From contig NW_003314278.1 in the NCBI RefSeq assembly GCF_000143415.4, positions 326,371 to 390,370 on the forward strand: DNA of 64,000 bases. Direction: 5' to 3'. A program made the translations under genes and the position numbers. Below the pieces are notes generated by a model, which saw only the letters and a program-made list of their open reading frames with translations, was not told the origin of the DNA and searched no databases. This DNA is from Selaginella moellendorffii. Its lineage: Eukaryota > Plantae > Lycopodiophyta. Shown here piece by piece: positions 23,401 to 34,934 of the stretch. How positions within the stretch are numbered: position 1 is the first letter of the stretch; each line of letters begins with the position of its first letter.

Positions 23401-24950
23401 CTTCATATTATTGACTAGGATTTATTAAAATGATTTAGTGTAATAATTCACTTGATCAGGTGTTTATTGGTCTTGTGGCATTACATCTATTTTGTTCATC
23501 AAGGCAAAAATTCAAAATCAATAATAAAAACACAACAACCACCCTACTTCTTAGTTGGAAAGTAAAAGAGCCTTGATATATTTGTCAATTAAACTTTCCC
23601 CATCACCTTCCTTATTTGTCCATATATAGCCATCACTGTGTTGGCTTTAAGCAAATCATATAAGCAAGACCTTATAGCTCTCAGCTCATGGTGTTTTTGA
23701 CTTCTTGGGAAGTTGCTAATTTAGTATTACTCAAACCCAAGAAAGGGGGTGCATTTTTGTTCATGAGTCTTTTCTATTATATTTAAACCCTTATAGATCA
23801 TTTTTTGAATTATCATCTTTGGTTATTTACAAGAGCATACAATTTCATAACACCACATCAATAGTGTCAAAAACCTCCAATAAGGAGCTCTATTGCATTA
23901 GCTTGTTGCCAATGTAATGATAACCATGTATGAACACTATATAAGTTTTTGATGCTATTAACAAAGCTCTCAGGTGTTCTAGATAAAAATGCTCTTAGCT
24001 TATGTAAATAATAATTGAGGTAAAGATGCAATTTAACTTTACAAAAGGTGCACTTGAGAGTTGACAAAGTGACTTATATGAGTGTGTGCTCTAGTGCATA
24101 GGATGTTGGATTGAGTTAGGTTCAATTATTAATGATGTGCTCAATCAGAACATAATCATCAAGAAGCTTAACTAGTTTTTAATAAGATGTTTGCTTGAGA
24201 TAGAGGTCACTAGTGGAGGCCTGTATGTTACCCTTCTTAATAATTTATTGTAACTCTCTTTGAAATTTACTTATTTGGTTTATATTAGTGATTGGTAATG
24301 TTAAACCTTGGTTTCCAATTAAAATTTTAAAAGGAGAAAATCACAATTATTAGATTAAAAAATATCTTAGAATATACTTGAATATACTATATATATCCTT
24401 TACACTCCCTTAAAGCAAACCAAAAAGATATGCAAGTGTTCTTAAAACAACTAAGAAGATCTATTCTTGTTTTTTTATTTCCTCCAACAGCTGCAATACT
24501 CTAATTTTTTAGGGTCTCAATAGTTAAGGGGCCTTTGTCATGATTCCTAACTTTAAATTAAACTTGAACAAGGCACTTGTTGATCTTCTTAGATGTACTA
24601 GCCCAAAATGAGGAACCATATAAACTTAAACTGAGCTAAAGAATTTGCAACAAATTAAGTTGTTGAGGTTAGAACATAATTAAACATCTATACTGAAATC
24701 TAGAAATAACATGTCATGGGTAAAGTATAAAAGTTCATTATGAAGCAAGTGAGCACCATCAAAGTTGACAAATCCAAACACAAGTTTATGATGTTAATGG
24801 GAGAAATTTGGATTCATCTTAGATACTAAGATGAGATGAGGAGATGAGGAGAGGTTGCTCTTTTTGCACAATGAGAGGTTAGGTAGATTCTCAACTCGAC
24901 TACTTTAGGAACTATTAAACTCAAGACCTCAATGAAATTTCATCATTTCA
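20450..24950 (-). mobile_element. Heavily decayed L1-type LINE retrotransposon (ORF1-like region, endonuclease and RT remnants); boundaries approximate
   Basis: Minus-strand motif remnants in L1 order: ORF1-like (about 23600-24000), GHNISGIVIL (about 22430), SIDH (about 21930), IPNRD resembling FIPGR (about 20720), KSWCFL resembling VSWxFL (about 20600); many stops; few CpGs. Confidence 0.55.
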
Positions 24951-26709
24951 AGAGTCACTTGTTAGAGAGCTTTTGTGTCCTATAAAATATTTTAACAATA
25001 TAGAGTATAGCTTTCTTGGCATACCCACTAATAACCTTATCTTTTTCCACTTTAAAAATTATATATTTTATGGCTAATATATTTTGTTTCTAATTTTATT
25101 TAGTCTAATAGTTGGTCTAAGATCTGTTGGATGGGGTGAAATTAATTCTCTTACTGAAAAAAAAAAATGGTCTTTTGAGGTTTAAATAGAAAGGGAAAAG
25201 ATTAATGAATCAGAGTGTGTTTTTTATCAATCCATTAAGTAAGAGACTATCAAATATACATATACCTAATACTCAGTTTTGAATAAGGATATTGTAACAT
25301 TCTTCTATATATTCCTCTTAAGCATGTAAAGAACAGGCTGAGCTTAGTGTGGCAGCCTTGCCTTGGCACTAGCATAGCTAGGGTAAGCCCTACTCATATA
25401 TATGCTCATTTAGCAACTATAGACATCAAGAATGAAATAGGGATCTGTTATCAATAAAGTCAATTGTTCCCACTATGCTTTTGAGGAATTTGCAAAGAAT
25501 GGTAGACATCAGATAACCAAATACTTGTGGTTTTTCCTTGACTTAAAAAGAAAATATGATAGGCTTGCTCTCAATTGCATCACCTTCTATATGGTGATGA
25601 TGCACACCTCTCAACCAAACTCCTCCATAAATATACCAACCTTAGCCTTAAAGAAGCATGGTTTTAGTTTTTCTAAACAATCACTGCAAGCTCTTGGGTG
25701 GTCTGTCTATGTACAGTCTATATATACTCAAACAAAGTGGTTGTTATGAGTGGAGATGTTTGACACTAGGTATGACTTGGACAACAATGGTCACAAAATG
25801 TTCTCACAATAGGGATTGGATGAAAAGTAAGTTAAGCAAGAGAGTGTTGGATAACAATGGATAAAATCTCTTATTAATACTTCTAGGAATGGAAATTTTG
25901 ACTCATAGTTAAGGTTTTTAAAATCAAAGTACAAATAAAATCTAAACCACTTTACAAAATTACAAAAGAAACTTTGAAAAAACTAGCTTAAGCTTTTAAA
26001 ATGAACTTAATAAATTTAGCTTGTGAGTGCATGGAATATGGAAAGGGAATATAGAAATGTGCATATCAATTAGCCCAAAAACCTTAACTTATATACAGGA
26101 GCGAGTGGTCCGGATTGAAACCAATCCAACGGCTACCAAAATCCCACTACACTAATATTAGTATACGGCATTGTAGCCATACATTTGGCCCTCACATCTG
26201 ATATTGGTTAATTTAATTCTCATAAAATGATGTAATAATTTTTTTTGTGTTAAAAAAGCTAGAAATAGCATTTTTCTTATTCTTATTTTTACAAGATTGC
26301 TCCTTCAGACAACACAACTATGCATAGTTGTGTATAAGCACAATCCAGAGTTAGGGTGTGCACTAAGAGCTTCAGGCATGTTTTATTAAATCACCATAAA
26401 AACTATTTCGTTAGACAAAAGACATAATTAGTACCCTACCTTTTAGATTGTTAACAAAAATTTACTTTATGTTGTGAATTTAAAATTGCTTCAAAATTTA
26501 CTTTAACCTGTTCCTTTTATTCACTTGCTCTATCCAAAAGGCAAAGGCTGCCTTTAGTCCTGGACTAGTAAATTTAAAATATTAAAAAATCTTAAACATT
26601 ATCATAATTATAAACACAAAAATAATCTAAATGAACAACTGTTAAATGGTAAGATATCCTAGAATAGTCAACCATATTTTATGTTGAATATTGTACCAAT
26701 TTCTATCAA

Positions 26710-27612
26710 ACAATGGCAATGGACTTACAAGATTTTGTGGGAAAATGGAAGGGGGAAGTGATGGAAGGCTGAAAGTGCTGTGGCAGAGAATTAACCGGTC
26801 CATTTCGAAATCCTCCCATTGTTACCCAAAGATAAAGTTGATAAAAATGTAGTAACAAAACATTAATTACTTGGTATCTTGTTTAAACATATAAGATACA
26901 GGCGAGTTGTTTGGCACGAGCTTGCCTGACAATAGTGACAAAGATTGGATATTGGAGAAGCCTTTGCTCACTGGTCCTTTGTAAGGATCTCTCTTGCTTG
27001 GCACGAAACATATATGCTTCCCTGCTCTTTTATGGTGTACGAATCAGAGGAAAAAGCTAGCTTGTATCTCCAGAAATATAGGATAGAGAACTAAAAAAAG
27101 AAATAAGAACCAAATTTCTTCCTTGAAGAAAAGAAGGATTAACTGTTTTCAATGGAAGAAAAAGAGAGAGTAACAATCGAAGAAAGACTCTTCAATCGGA
27201 TGCTAAGCTTACAAAATCAACTTGCTAGTGGAGAAATTTCCAATGCGAACCAAATTCGTTTTCTTTCTTTACAGGATAAAAAAAAGAGTAAGGAGGAGGA
27301 TAATCAAAATGCAAAACTGTGCTTGCTCTTCGTCAGCTAGTATTCTGGGGCGTCTTCTTCCTTGACGGCCAGAATGAATCCGGCGCGCACGAGCTGGACG
27401 GATTTTGGGAATCGATCCATGCTCGATGGTATCGTGCGCGACGTAGAAGTGGCGTCCTTTACCACTCCGGCCAAGGCGGTGCAGCCCTCTCCATCGCAGG
27501 CTCGAGGATTCGAAGAAAGCGCTGGCCACCGAGATCGTTGGTCGACTCCGAGAAGCTGCTACAAATCACTGCGTTTTCCTCGTTGGTGGAAAGGCAAGAA
27601 CTCTCTACGAGA
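26710..27612. pseudogene. Inverted, internally deleted duplicate of about 13835-15410 (5' part of the CCCH/NUP42-like gene and 5' part of the CRN-like NTPase gene)
   Basis: 26901 GGCGAGTTGTTTGGCACGAGCTTGCC is the reverse complement of 15168-15193; 27400-27610 matches the NTPase N-terminal coding sequence, with the Walker A codons deleted. Confidence 0.88.
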
Positions 27613-29580
27613 AGAGATGTGAGAGGTTGCATAGATCTCAGACAACAGAGTGTAAGGAGCTCCATTCCCGGGAATGTTTTCTGCCACTCTAGCTCCTCGA
27701 TCGACATCGCTGTGGAGACGACACGCATTGAGCAGTGCGCCCCACGCCACTGGATCCGGCATGAAAGGCATGGAATGGATCAACTCCTCCGCACTGCCCA
27801 AGTGGCCCGATCGACCGAGACAATCCACCATGCAGCAGTAGTGATCTCTGCAAGATCGCAGCTGCCTCTCCTTCATCGAGAGGAAGTAAGAATGGCCCCT
27901 CTCGAGCAGCCCCCCGCGGCTACACGCGGTAAGAACGCTCACGAGCGAGATCTCATCGGGGCTCTCGCCATGGAGCTCCATTCTCTGGAAGAGCTCGATG
28001 GCGTCGCTGCTATGCCCGTAGTGGGCATACGCCGCGATCAAGTTGTTCCACGAGACTAGATCCCACTCGCTCATCCTCTCGAAAAGGGCTCTCGCGGCAC
28101 TCACGCGACCGTTCCTCACGCACCCGGTTATGGCGATGTTCCACGAGAACTTGTCCTTGTCTGGGATCTCCGCAAAGATGCTATTGGCATCGTGAAGATT
28201 CATGGTGCCTATGAGAGCCCCCATCATCCCGTTCCAGCTCGACGTGTCTTTGGCGGGCATTAGAGTGGACAAAGTTGATGCGTCTTGCATATACCCGTTT
28301 TGGGCATAAGCGGTCACTAAAACATTCCACGAGATGAGGTCGTGGTTTGGCATTCTGTCGAATATTTTCTTTGCTTCTTGAATATACCCAGCCTGGGCAT
28401 ATCCAAGCATAAGTGCTGTACAACACACCACATTGTGCTCAGGCATAGAATCAAACACGCACTTGGAATCCTCCAGATACCCGTTTTGGGCATATAGCGT
28501 CACCATTGCGGTCGATGACACGATGTGCCACTCTGGCATTCTTGTGAAGAAGAGCAACGTGGCACTGTCCACCTGGCCATCCCAGGCATATCCCACGAGC
28601 ATGGTCGTCCACGTCACAATGTCCCGCTCCAGCATGGAGTCGAATATGCACTTGACAGATTCCAGGCGCCTGGCGTGGACGTACGATTGAAGCATTGCGT
28701 TCCACGTTACTACATTCCTTGCAGGGATGTTCTCAAACACACGCTTGGCATCTTCAAGATGCCCGCAAGAGGCATATGCTGTAAGCATAGCTGTCCAGGA
28801 GACAATGTCTCGCAGAGGCATCTGGCCAAACAAACGCTTTGCCTCATCCACGTGGCACGCATCTGCAAAACCTTGCAGGAGAGAGTTCCACGTCACCAGG
28901 TTGCAACGTGGCATTAAGCGGTCAAAGGTTTCTTTGGCCTTCTCAAGATACCCAGAGCGGGCATATGCCGTTAGCATAGTTGTCCAGGAAACAACGTCCT
29001 TGTTAGGAAAGACTTCAAAGAAGAATTTTTCAACCTCTTGTATAGATAGCTCTTGATTATCAAGATGGGCTTGAAGGAGAATGTTCCATGAAACAGTGTT
29101 GGGATTAGGAATTTTTTGAAAGAAATCTTTGACTTTTATCATATGCCCAGTTCTGGCAATTGCTACCAACATTGCGTTCCAAGATACAGTATCCCTCACT
29201 GGCATTCTAGAAAAGAAGCGCTCCACCTCGTCAAAATGGCTGTGGTTGGAAAATGCAGTAAGAAGTGAATTCCAGGCTACGACATTGGTCTCGGGCATAG
29301 AATCAAGGACCATTTCAGCATGATCAAGATGCCCATTGTTGGCAATTGCACAAATGAGCAATGCCCAAGAATGGGAATTGGGGCTAGCGAGATCATCAAA
29401 GACAGCTTGGGCATCTTGTACGCTCCCACACTTTCCATACATCTCTATGAGGAGATTAGCAAGGTATCGATCGCTCTTGTAGTGGCTGGCATGGATTTGG
29501 GAGTGAATTTGCCGGCCAAGATGCAAATCTCGGCAACTGGAGCAGTCCCTCAAAACGGCCGCCACTTCTTCTATAAACAT
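27559..29580 (-). CDS. PLS/SS-class PPR protein with E domain, no DYW
   Basis: Many MPxx(N/D)xVSWxxMLxAYAxxG repeats; MPFMPDPVAWGALLNACRLH E motif; 673 aa intronless ORF. Confidence 0.94.
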   Translation of the reverse strand: MFIEEVAAVLRDCSSCRDLHLGRQIHSQIHASHYKSDRYLANLLIEMYGKCGSVQDAQAVFDDLASPNSHSWALLICAIANNGHLDHAEMVLDSMPETNVVAWNSLLTAFSNHSHFDEVERFFSRMPVRDTVSWNAMLVAIARTGHMIKVKDFFQKIPNPNTVSWNILLQAHLDNQELSIQEVEKFFFEVFPNKDVVSWTTMLTAYARSGYLEKAKETFDRLMPRCNLVTWNSLLQGFADACHVDEAKRLFGQMPLRDIVSWTAMLTAYASCGHLEDAKRVFENIPARNVVTWNAMLQSYVHARRLESVKCIFDSMLERDIVTWTTMLVGYAWDGQVDSATLLFFTRMPEWHIVSSTAMVTLYAQNGYLEDSKCVFDSMPEHNVVCCTALMLGYAQAGYIQEAKKIFDRMPNHDLISWNVLVTAYAQNGYMQDASTLSTLMPAKDTSSWNGMMGALIGTMNLHDANSIFAEIPDKDKFSWNIAITGCVRNGRVSAARALFERMSEWDLVSWNNLIAAYAHYGHSSDAIELFQRMELHGESPDEISLVSVLTACSRGGLLERGHSYFLSMKERQLRSCRDHYCCMVDCLGRSGHLGSAEELIHSMPFMPDPVAWGALLNACRLHSDVDRGARVAENIPGNGAPYTLLSEIYATSHISSRREFLPFHQRGKRSDL

Positions 29581-29749
29581 TTTTTATGTTTTAGGGTTCA
29601 TCAATATATTATAGTTATTAATGGTTGTGATTTGTTTCTTAACAGTTTAAAAATCTTAATCTGCTGTTGATTGTTTTTTATTCTTGAACTTTATCTTTTT
29701 CATTTTTTGCATGTCACCTTCTTATGTTTTTGTTACTTAGTGTCTTCTT

Positions 29750-30435
29750 TAGCACCTAGGATGTTGGATTAGGTTGGGTCTAATTGTCAATGATGATCTC
29801 AAAAAGAATATGATTGTCGCCAATGCATTTGAGCCACCAGCATCCACATGAAGAGCAAGGTTGTAGTCCATGCTGAAAGAGAAACCAAGAAGTCTGACCA
29901 TATGCCAAGTATGGACATCAAGTTTCTGACAAGATTATTACTTAAGATGGAGGCTAGTTGCATATTACCCCCAATAATGACCCTGGGTGGCCTAAAAACA
30001 TGTGGGTGGAGTGTTCTTAGATATAAAATTGTTTAATCCAACAGCTGCGAATGTCCAATTGGTAAGGGTCTCAATAGGTGAATGGCCTTGTCATGATTCT
30101 TAGCTTTGAATTAAGCTTGAAGAATGCACTGTGGTGACCCAAAATGAGGAACTACTATAGAACTAACTTGAAATGAGCAAAGGAACTTGCAATTAAACAA
30201 GCTGTTGAGGCTGGAATAGAGTAGCACTGTGCCAAGTTCCAGAAGTGGCACACTGTGGCTTGTGGAGCAAGTGAGCACCATTGAAGTTGATAATTCCATG
30301 TGCAAGTTTATGACACAGAGTGAAGATTTTTGGTTGCTTCCTAAATACCAGGATGAGATAAGGAAAGGCTACTCTGTTGTACATAATGAGAGGGTGGCCA
30401 GATTCTCAACTCAACTGCTCCAGGAACTCATGTTT
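29750..30435 (-). mobile_element. Second, less eroded copy of the repeat at about 24080-24940 (probably the 5' region of the LINE)
   Basis: Colinear same-orientation similarity, e.g. 30040 CAACAGCTGC..GGGTCTCAATAG..GGCCTTGTCATGATTC versus 24486 CAACAGCTGC..GGGTCTCAATAG..GGCCTTTGTCATGATTC. Confidence 0.7.
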
Positions 30436-30956
30436 AAAATAGTTACTTGAATATTATTTAAGATGTCTTTATCATTCTCCCAGGAAAGCTTAATAAGCTG
30501 GTGAGAATGATCTCAGGATAAAAATACTCAATCACAACTTGTAATATCAAATATAACTATCATCTCTCCAATGTGACTTACATTAGTACTATTAACAAGA
30601 ACTCTAGATCAATCAATAATGTTTCTCATTAAAGTAATACGTATTTTGTGAAATGCCCCTAACTAACCATAAAAACCAATGGATCAAATTCTTGGGCTAT
30701 GGCATTTCTTATATATGGAAATACAAAATAAAACTCCCTTTAAAACAACTTGCTTAATGGTATTGCTAAAGTTGGTATATATATTTTCATCCCTCCAAAT
30801 ATAAAAAAAATCTCGTAATAATTGATATCTAGATTTTATATATATATGCTTAATAATACTAAAGAGTTGATTGATAATTATTGGATAACCACAACATTAG
30901 TATTAATATAAAAAAAATCAATCAAATAAAATGCTCAATATTCATTTATAAATACA

Positions 30957-31129
30957 TCTTAAACAATTCTGGTGATTATACGTTTTTGTATCTATTACAT
31001 TGTGTCGTCTAACTGAATGAAATTACAATCATTTTGTATAATAGAGTATGTGAAAATGAAACAATTTGAACAATAGTGTTATATTGACCTTGAAGAGTTC
31101 CAATAGCATAATTTAAACTATCTTCAGAA
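30957..31129 (-). pseudogene. Remnant of a third B-lectin chimera gene (3' end, with deletions), copy C
   Basis: Reverse complement reads YCSNCFIFTYSIIQNDCNF...YNHQNCLR, matching 54790-55020; its flank 30460-30955 also resembles 55030-55570. Confidence 0.85.
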
Positions 31130-31388
31130 ACAAAATATGTTAGTTACATATGAAAAATGACACAAAAAAGTCAACAATCACTCTTCAAAACCTGGATAGG
31201 AGTTTCTCTTGGTCTGCTACGGACCCCCTCGAAAATCCTGCAAGCCTGCTTGATCTCTCCACACTTCCCCCAACAATCTTGCCCGAGCTTACCCCAAAGT
31301 GCAAAGACGCCAAGCACTAGCCGTTCTAATTTTCCAAACTTTCTAGTTTCTAGACAGCTCTAAGGATTATCTGTATAACAATCATCTC

Positions 31389-31503
31389 GGATTACGTGAG
31401 ATTGTGAGAAACTTCGTCAAGGAAACGTAGGTCACTTAGCTCTCAGGATTACGTGAGCTTCGATTAGACGGTAGTTGTGAGAAACTTCGTCAAGGAAACG
31501 TAA
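31389..31503. repeat. Local tandem duplication
   Basis: GGATTACGTGAG and TTGTGAGAAACTTCGTCAAGGAAACGTA each occur twice. Confidence 0.75.
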
Positions 31504-31549
31504 GCATCAGTAAAAAGTAGCATGATATTCTATGGCGTCATAGCCCTTC

Positions 31550-31722
31550 CTGCCTTTCGTGCCGGATCTAGTGGCGTGGGGGGCGCTGCTCAATGCGTCC
31601 ACTACGATACCGATCGAGGAGCTACAGTGGCTGGGAATGGAGCTCCTTACACTGTATTGTCTGACATCTATGCAACCTCTCTCACCTCTTCTAGCCAGAG
31701 TAGAGGAGGAGAATTATCCTAG
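31550..31722 (+). pseudogene. Inverted fragment of the PPR E-domain 3' end (copy of about 27610-27775)
   Basis: PDLVAWGALLNA and GNGAPYTVLSDIYATS match PDPVAWGALLNA and GNGAPYTLLSEIYATS of the 27559-29580 PPR; frameshifted. Confidence 0.85.
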
Positions 31723-31815
31723 TTGCTACCATGATCTAGAAGAGTGAGAGGATGCTAGATCGATGCGAGAAGAGAAAAAAAATGATGAAACAAAACCTTT
31801 GGGTGATCACCAATC

Positions 31816-32250
31816 CTACTCAAAGTCGCTCATGATCGCGAGGATGCTCTTGTCGCGGAAGACCTCGTATCTGGATCGACCGACAAAACGAGATGAGCCA
31901 AGGAGAGCAAGAGAAAACACAAAAGCAAACTCTTACGATTTGTCCTCGAGCTTGATCTCCACACCGCCCCAATCCGGGAGCAAAACCTTGTCGCCCACTT
32001 TGCAGAGATTTGGCACGATCTCGCCGTCGGTGTTGTACACGCCCTGGCCTACCGCGACCACAGTCCCGGCATTGATCTGCCAAAGCAACGCTCAAACCCT
32101 AGAAACGCGCCCATGATCGATCGATCAACTACTTACGTGCTTCTGCGTCTCCGGGAGAAGAACGCCGCCCACGGATTTGGCAGGTGGCACGAGCTTCTCG
32201 ACGAGCACTCGATCCAGCAGCGGCGTGAACCTCGACGCGATAGACGCCAT
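31816..32250 (-). CDS. CPN10: 10 kDa chaperonin (Cpn10/HSP10, mitochondrial type), 3 exons
   Basis: MASIASRFTPLLDRVLVEK...GGVLLPE; GTVVAVGQG; KVGDKVLLPDWGG; YEVFRDKSILA. Confidence 0.93.
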
Positions 32251-32328
32251 AGCCAAGGATTTTGGAGTGTAGGGTTTAGGGGGTTTTAGCGTACAAAGAT
32301 ATTTTCTTTCCGTACGACTTCCGTGTGA

Positions 32329-34835
32329 TCACGAGCCTTGTTCTTGTTCTTCCATCTCGTCCGACTCGCTCTCATCTTCTTCCTCCTCGTCGCTGCCCCC
32401 TTTCTTCCGCCTCCTCTTTCTCCCAACCTTGTGATTGAGATACTTGCCGGTTTTGCTCAGCTCCAGCTTAAAGACGCTCCCCTCGCCTTTGAAGTAGTAT
32501 GGCACCTTGAAACAAAACTGTGCCAGATCCTTGAATGCCACTTCCGTGCCAGTGAGTCTGCGGGCGAAGCTACGTTTGAGTGAAAAGAAAACAGAGAAAG
32601 AAGAACCTGAAAATGTCTGAAGCACTTGTCTGCTGCAAAAGTCTACAGCGAGACGCAAATCCTTCTACCCCGGATGGGGTCCTCGTTACCAAGTTCCAGT
32701 CAATCTCCGTGGTTAAAACAAGCTGCTCAAATCAACTCTATGAGCAATGAATAACATGGAAGTTAAAAAAAAAAAAAAAGCGTACCACATAGTACAGCGT
32801 AGGCCGGCTTGAATCGCGATCAAAAACTGCCCAGACTTCATTCTCTCCAGGGTAGATGAAGTAGCTATCTCCGAGCTTCTTGAAGGTGGTCATTCTAAAG
32901 AAAAAACAAACTTGTCGTAGGCTTCTAAAACCAGCAGTAGGAGTTATTGACCTGTGAGAAAATGTGACCCAGGATGTCTGAAGATCAGCTTTGTCAATCC
33001 TGTTGTATTGTCCGGTTCCGCGGATGGGGCTCCATTGGTCGTCGTTTGCAGCAAGAAAGCCAGTGTCCAGCTCCAGGAAGCATCTATAGAAAACCAGGAA
33101 AGATCGTTGCGTAACGCCAAACAGAGCTTTAAACACTTACACGTGAATTTGCAGCCCTTTCTTCTTTTTCTTGGACTGCAATGTGTCGAAGCGATCTCCA
33201 CTCCTGGATAGAATAACTGCGTACCAGCTTGGTTGTGACCTGGTGTTATAAAGTGCCCAAAGCTGCCAAACGTAGACATTATGAGAACTAAAGACGGCAT
33301 TTCCCGCTTGTCGTACCTCGCCCGTCTCGAGTACGGCGCACTCGCTCTCTCTGAATTTTGGAGAGAAGTTGTAGATTACATGGGCTTCCCAAGTCGAAGG
33401 TAGCATGAGTGGACTGAGCATGTAAGAAATTACTGAAACCTACAGTGAGAAGAACAGATTAGAAATGCCACAAAATCCGGCAAGGACACTTACAGAAAAA
33501 CTATTGCCAATTAGATTCCACCGAATGGTTTTAGCCTTGTCATCAAGCTTGCATTTCCTTTTAGGAGTTTGCTCGGATGCGAACGGCCTACGAATTCATA
33601 TCTTTTGTCATCAGTGTAAAATAAGATAAAACAAAAGAAACTTACACGAAGTCGTCTAGATTACCAAAATCGATGTCAGTGTGTCCAGCAGGGAACCCCA
33701 TTACCTTCTCTAGTTCTGTTACGGTGACATATCTCAGCACCTCATCTTTGCGGTCAAAGACACGTTGCAGTTGTCCAAATCCTCCCACGTAATAGTTACA
33801 CGTCATGACACACTGGGCAAGTGCTGAAAGTTAGCACGCAACGAGAAGACAAAAGTAGAAAGATACCCCGATCTTTTCTTCCAGAGCCGTCGCGTCGTCA
33901 AGAGCATGTTGCAAAAGGTTGGATGCGTGATTTCTCACGTCAGGCAGCTTCTCTGGATGCGGGATGTTTGTCCAATACAGACGCTTGCGCTTGCTGGCTG
34001 TTAGATCCTGGGAGTCGATCTCAATAGGAAGACAGTTGAGATACTTGGATATTTCTTCTCGGTCTATCCATGTCATGGAGGCCACATTCTCCACCAAGAA
34101 CCTGAAAAGAAACACTGCTTAAAAAGGTGGTAAGAGGAAAGGCTCACACCATCGGGGCCGAAAGAGATGCAGTATACGGAGCATATCGAAAAATAGACGG
34201 CTGCGAAAGCCATGCAGCCTGCGCTCTCATGTTAGCAGCGAGTCGCAGTGAAAATGCAAACAATGCTTTCGAACTTACCCATCCCTTTTGCCCATAGAGG
34301 TCAAGTCTTGACAAGGGAAACCACCAACAACGAGATCAATCTCTTCCTCAATGTCTCCTCGTCGAATGTCCTTTACATCTCCCAGGTGTGTAACGTTTGG
34401 AAACTTGGCTTTGAGAACGCGCGCAGCGTAAGGATTCTGGAAATGCAAAGAGAGCCCAGCGTTAGAACGTAAGCACGCGAAGGAACACAGAAGAGAAAGC
34501 AGCGCCTACAATCTCAGAGCTATATCCCTTGTACCGAACTTCGAGACGATCCAAAGCAGCCCAAGTGCCGCCGATTCCATCAAAGAGGCTCAGAACAACC
34601 AAGCGGCGATCCAAAGCTCCAAGGTTTCTCCGGAAAGCGTCAAGCCAGTCTCCGTGCTCCGGAAACTCCTCCTACACTCTCACATTGCATGCAAAATCTC
34701 CACAAAAGGGAAACCGCATACCTTTTTCTTTGATGTTGGAGGAGGTGGCTTCTTGATCTCCTTCTTGAGCTCCCTCTCTTTCAGCCGCAGTGCCAAAGCC
34801 TCTGCTTCACGGATTTTCGCCACAAGCTCTTCCAT
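32329..34835 (-). CDS. DNMT3: DNMT3-type C5 cytosine DNA methyltransferase with C-terminal DUF3444, multi-exon
   Basis: Motif I VLSLFDGIGG, motif IV GGFPCQD, motif VI FLVENV, motif VIII KRKRLYWTNIP, motif X LIGNS, all in canonical (non-DRM) order; DUF3444 hallmarks WALYN..P.WYA, FSH, IYPGENEVWA. Confidence 0.88.
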
Positions 34836-34934
34836 TCCTACGCAAGAATGCAGGTAGCAAATCGATCAGCCAAGTCAAGAAAAGCGAATTTCCACATATT
34901 TTACCGGTTCTTGCAAGAAGACCTAGAATCAGCT

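Noticed and set aside
25525-25864. Short ORFs inside the AT-rich block
   Set aside because: No identifiable domain; probably decayed repeat or gene debris
19020-27300. AT-rich islands as organellar insertions or bacterial contamination
   Set aside because: No organellar or bacterial genes seen; they contain LINE-like remnants and a copy of adjacent nuclear genes, which fits in-place decay (long reads would still be needed to confirm)
27319-28059. 246-aa plus-strand ORF as a gene
   Set aside because: Chance read-through across the NTPase pseudo-copy and the antisense strand of the PPR gene
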